Source of the DNA: Clostridiales bacterium
GTDB lineage: Bacteria; Bacillota; Clostridia; Lachnospirales; WRAX01
Length of the DNA stretch: 64,000 nt
NCBI GenBank assembly: GCA_031265685.1
Contig: JAISCI010000073.1
Coordinates: forward strand, 8,915-72,914
Direction: 5' to 3'
Shown here: piece by piece, positions 61,763 through 64,000 of the stretch
How the letters are laid out: every line of letters starts with the position of its first letter
How positions within the stretch are numbered: position 1 is the stretch's first letter
Notes under the pieces: model-generated
The model's database searches: none
What the model saw: only the letters and a program-made list of their open reading frames with translations
What the model was told of the DNA's origin: nothing
Translations under genes and position numbers: made by a program

Positions 61763-61835
61763 AGCCGTCGGGAACACGGACGGCACTGAGTCGGATCCTG
61801 CCGATCCGACAGATTCACACGGAGGAGAGTGCGGA

Positions 61836-62906
61836 ATGAACGGAGTAAGCGCAAGACTGCCCCTGACGGCGCGGGAGATCGACCAGCTCCCAAACGTAAC
61901 GTCGGGCAATATTCTTGTTTACACGTGCAACTCGAATCGGGCGCTGGCGGCTTCCATCGCCAAAAAGCTCGGGATCGGCCTGGGCAAGTCGGAAGTCGGC
62001 ACCTTTTCGGACGGTGAAATCTATACGCGCATCGAAGAGACTATAAGGGGCGCGGACATCTACATCGTCCAATCCACGTCTCCGCCGGTCAATAATAACC
62101 TGATGGAGCTTCTTATAATGATCGACGCGATGAAACGCGCCTCGGCGGGTCATATCAACGCGCTGATACCGTATTTCGGATATGCCCGCCAGGACAGGAA
62201 GGCCCGGGCGCGCGACCCGATCACGGCGAAGCTGGTCGCGAACCTGCTGACCAAGGCCGGGGCGGACCGCGTTATAACCATGGATCTGCACTGCGCCCAG
62301 TTGCAGGGCTTCTTCGACATACCTGTCGATCACCTGCACGGGCAGCCGATCCTGGTCGAGTACTATGCGGAGAAATTCAAAGACGTCATGGACGAGGTGA
62401 CGGTCGTTTCGCCGGATCTGGGCAGCGTCTCACGCAGCCGCAATTTCGCGGCTCGTCTCAACGCGCCGCTGGCCATAGTGGACAAGCGCCGTCCGAAGGA
62501 CAACGAGACGGAAGTACTTAACATAATAGGGGATATTGCCGGCAAGCGCGTGATTCTGGCCGACGATATAGTGGACACGGCGGGCACGCTGACGGGAGCG
62601 GCGAAGGCACTGCTCGCGCGCGGCGCGAAAGAGGTCTACGCTTGCGCGACGCACGCGGTGCTGTCGGGCAGCGCCATAGAGAGGCTCACGGAGTCGCCGA
62701 TCACCGAACTGATGGTGCTCGATACCATCGACCTCGCGCAGGACAAGCGGACAGGCAAGATTCGGGTGCTGTCGGCGGCGGATCTGTTCTGCGAGGCCAT
62801 AAAGCGTATCCACGGCGGGCTGTCCGTCTCCGAGCTGTTCTACGCGCCCGAGCTGAGCGCGAGCGGGAAAGTGCGGGAGATCATCCTGCCGGGAGCGGCG
62901 GGGTAA
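61836..62906 (+). CDS. prs: Ribose-phosphate pyrophosphokinase
   Basis: Start ATG 61836 after GGAGGAG. FSDGEIY, DLHCAQLQGFFDIPVDHL, and PRPP loop VILADDIVDTAGTL. The upstream 139 codons of the six-frame ORF are intergenic repeat DNA. Confidence 0.9.
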   Translation: MNGVSARLPLTAREIDQLPNVTSGNILVYTCNSNRALAASIAKKLGIGLGKSEVGTFSDGEIYTRIEETIRGADIYIVQSTSPPVNNNLMELLIMIDAMKRASAGHINALIPYFGYARQDRKARARDPITAKLVANLLTKAGADRVITMDLHCAQLQGFFDIPVDHLHGQPILVEYYAEKFKDVMDEVTVVSPDLGSVSRSRNFAARLNAPLAIVDKRRPKDNETEVLNIIGDIAGKRVILADDIVDTAGTLTGAAKALLARGAKEVYACATHAVLSGSAIERLTESPITELMVLDTIDLAQDKRTGKIRVLSAADLFCEAIKRIHGGLSVSELFYAPELSASGKVREIILPGAAG

Positions 62907-62909
62907 TAT

Positions 62910-63503
62910 ATGCGTCTGATATTCGGGCTGGGCAATCCCGGGCGCGATTACGAGCGCACGCGGCATAACACGGGCTTCGAGGTAATCGGCAAGCTGGCCG
63001 CCGATCACGGAATCGCGATAAACCGCGCGAAGTTTCGCGGCGCCTACGGAGACGGATTCATAGCGGGCGAGGCGGTCAAGCTCGTCATGCCGCTCACATT
63101 TATGAACCTGTCCGGCGAGTGCGTCCGCGATTTCGCCGAGTATTTCCATGTCCCGGCGGCGGATCTCATCGTCGTGTACGACGATATAGCCTTGCCGCCC
63201 GGGAATATTCGTGTGCGCGCGAAAGGTTCGGCGGGCGGGCATAACGGGATGAAGAACATCATATACCATCTCGAAACCGACGAATTTCCGCGCGTGCGCG
63301 TCGGCGTCGGCCCGCCGCCCGAAGGCTGGGATCTGATCGATCACGTGCTGTCGCGTTTCACGGATCGTGAAACGGAGGCGTTCGTATCCGGCGCGACGGA
63401 CGCGGCGGACGCGGTCGGGGCGATCATTTCGGAGGGAATCGGTCGGGCTATGGCCAAGTTCAACAGGAGACGGGAAAAGCCGCCCGGCGAAGGGAACGGC
63501 TGA
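62910..63503 (+). CDS. pth: Peptidyl-tRNA hydrolase
   Basis: 197 aa. LIFGLGNPG..Y..TRHNTGF and GGHNGMKNI motifs. Confidence 0.9.
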   Translation: MRLIFGLGNPGRDYERTRHNTGFEVIGKLAADHGIAINRAKFRGAYGDGFIAGEAVKLVMPLTFMNLSGECVRDFAEYFHVPAADLIVVYDDIALPPGNIRVRAKGSAGGHNGMKNIIYHLETDEFPRVRVGVGPPPEGWDLIDHVLSRFTDRETEAFVSGATDAADAVGAIISEGIGRAMAKFNRRREKPPGEGNG

Positions 63504-63643
63504 TACTAAGGAATTTCGCGTGAATCAAGCGAAATTCATCTTCCACTTTAAAGGACGCCAAATATTTTTTCGGTCCGCGCCTGAAGCCGCGCGGACGCGC
63601 AAGCTCGAAAAAATATTTGGCACAAATCTAAGTGAAATTAGTA
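63504..63643. mobile_element. 136-bp copy of the nested-palindrome family flanked by TA/TA between pth and mfd
   Basis: TA (63504-05), then CTAAG.., then the hairpin GAATTTCGC-gtgaatcaa-GCGAAATTC (63511-37). Next comes the long palindrome CCAAATATTTTTTCGGTCCGCGC..GCGCGGAC..CGAAAAAATATTTGG, then ..GAAATTAG and TA (63642-43). Confidence 0.75.
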
Positions 63644-63658
63644 TGAAAGGAAGATTAG

Positions 63659-64000
63659 TTGTCAGTTAACGCGATAGCGGCAACCCTGATAAAATCTCTC
63701 TCGGCTCACCCGGCGTTTCGGGAGCTTTCGGCGGCTATGGGGCGCGGCACCGGAACGTTCGCCGCGGACGGAACGGTTCCCGGATGCGGCGAGCATATCG
63801 CCGCGGCGATACAGGCCGAGTCGGGACGGCCGATACTGTTTGTCACGCACTCCGAGCGCCGCGCGCGGGAGGCTTACGATAACCTGCGCTTCTTTCTGGG
63901 CGAAGGGGTGTTTTTGTACCCTTCGCGCGATACGGTGTTCTATCAGGCCGACGTAAAGAGCGCCCGAATAGCGCGGGAGCGCATGTCGGCGCTGGCCGCG
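63659..64000 (+). CDS. mfd: Transcription-repair coupling factor, 5-prime partial (runs off the window)
   Basis: Open frame from TTG 63659 (in-frame TAG immediately upstream, AAGGAAG RBS) to the window end. It reads LSVNAIAATLIKSL..GTVPGCGEHIAAAIQAESGRPILFVTHSERRAREAYDNLRFFLG..LYPSRD, which matches the Mfd N-terminal pattern. Classical pth-mfd synteny. Confidence 0.7.
   Translation, partial: MSVNAIAATLIKSLSAHPAFRELSAAMGRGTGTFAADGTVPGCGEHIAAAIQAESGRPILFVTHSERRAREAYDNLRFFLGEGVFLYPSRDTVFYQADVKSARIARERMSALAA

Overview
High-GC (roughly 60%+) chromosomal segment from a spore-forming Firmicutes/Clostridia-type genome, judged from spoIVA, comEA/comFC, a glnA-ANTAR pair and a Re-citrate-synthase-like gene. 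It is densely packed with housekeeping operons. In order: a giant secreted GH2 glycosidase; rnz-tyrA-truA; comEA, then an IS30 remnant, then comFC-recD2; lepB-mtnN; tsaE-tsaB-rimI; a Lon-like protease plus a pentapeptide-repeat protein; deoD, citrate-synthase-like, icd, ArsC/Spx-like, ung, purC-purB-purA; glmS; glnA-ANTAR-purF-pyrK-pyrD-pyrE; a YkvI-like permease; spoIVA; ptsH-ptsI; a chb-like PTS/amino-sugar cluster (ROK regulator, EIIB, EIIC, EIIA, chbG, GH4, GlcNAc kinase, nagB); a degraded low-GC stretch with an orphan copZ; a polysaccharide deacetylase; Nudix; an ECF transporter with a fused ATPase-ATPase-S protein; RidA; aquaporin; prs-pth-mfd. I saw no rRNA, tRNA or CRISPR array. No recognisable defence or secondary-metabolite system is present. 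The signal not explained by gene annotation lies in the intergenic DNA. (1) A family of nested-palindrome, MITE/REP-like elements has at least 9 copies in 64 kb. Its termini are TA|CTAATC(T/C)CCATTTA, and it carries an A/T-run plus GTCCGCGCC clamp and a GAATTTTGC-N9-GCAAAATTC hairpin module. All copies lie between co-directional genes. One is duplicated inside a PTS operon, one sits in frame inside an ABC ATPase gene, and some supply stop codons or a false start codon. (2) A second ~190-240 bp repeat occurs in inverted orientation in two divergent promoter regions. All product calls rest on motif recognition by eye. No database search was run.
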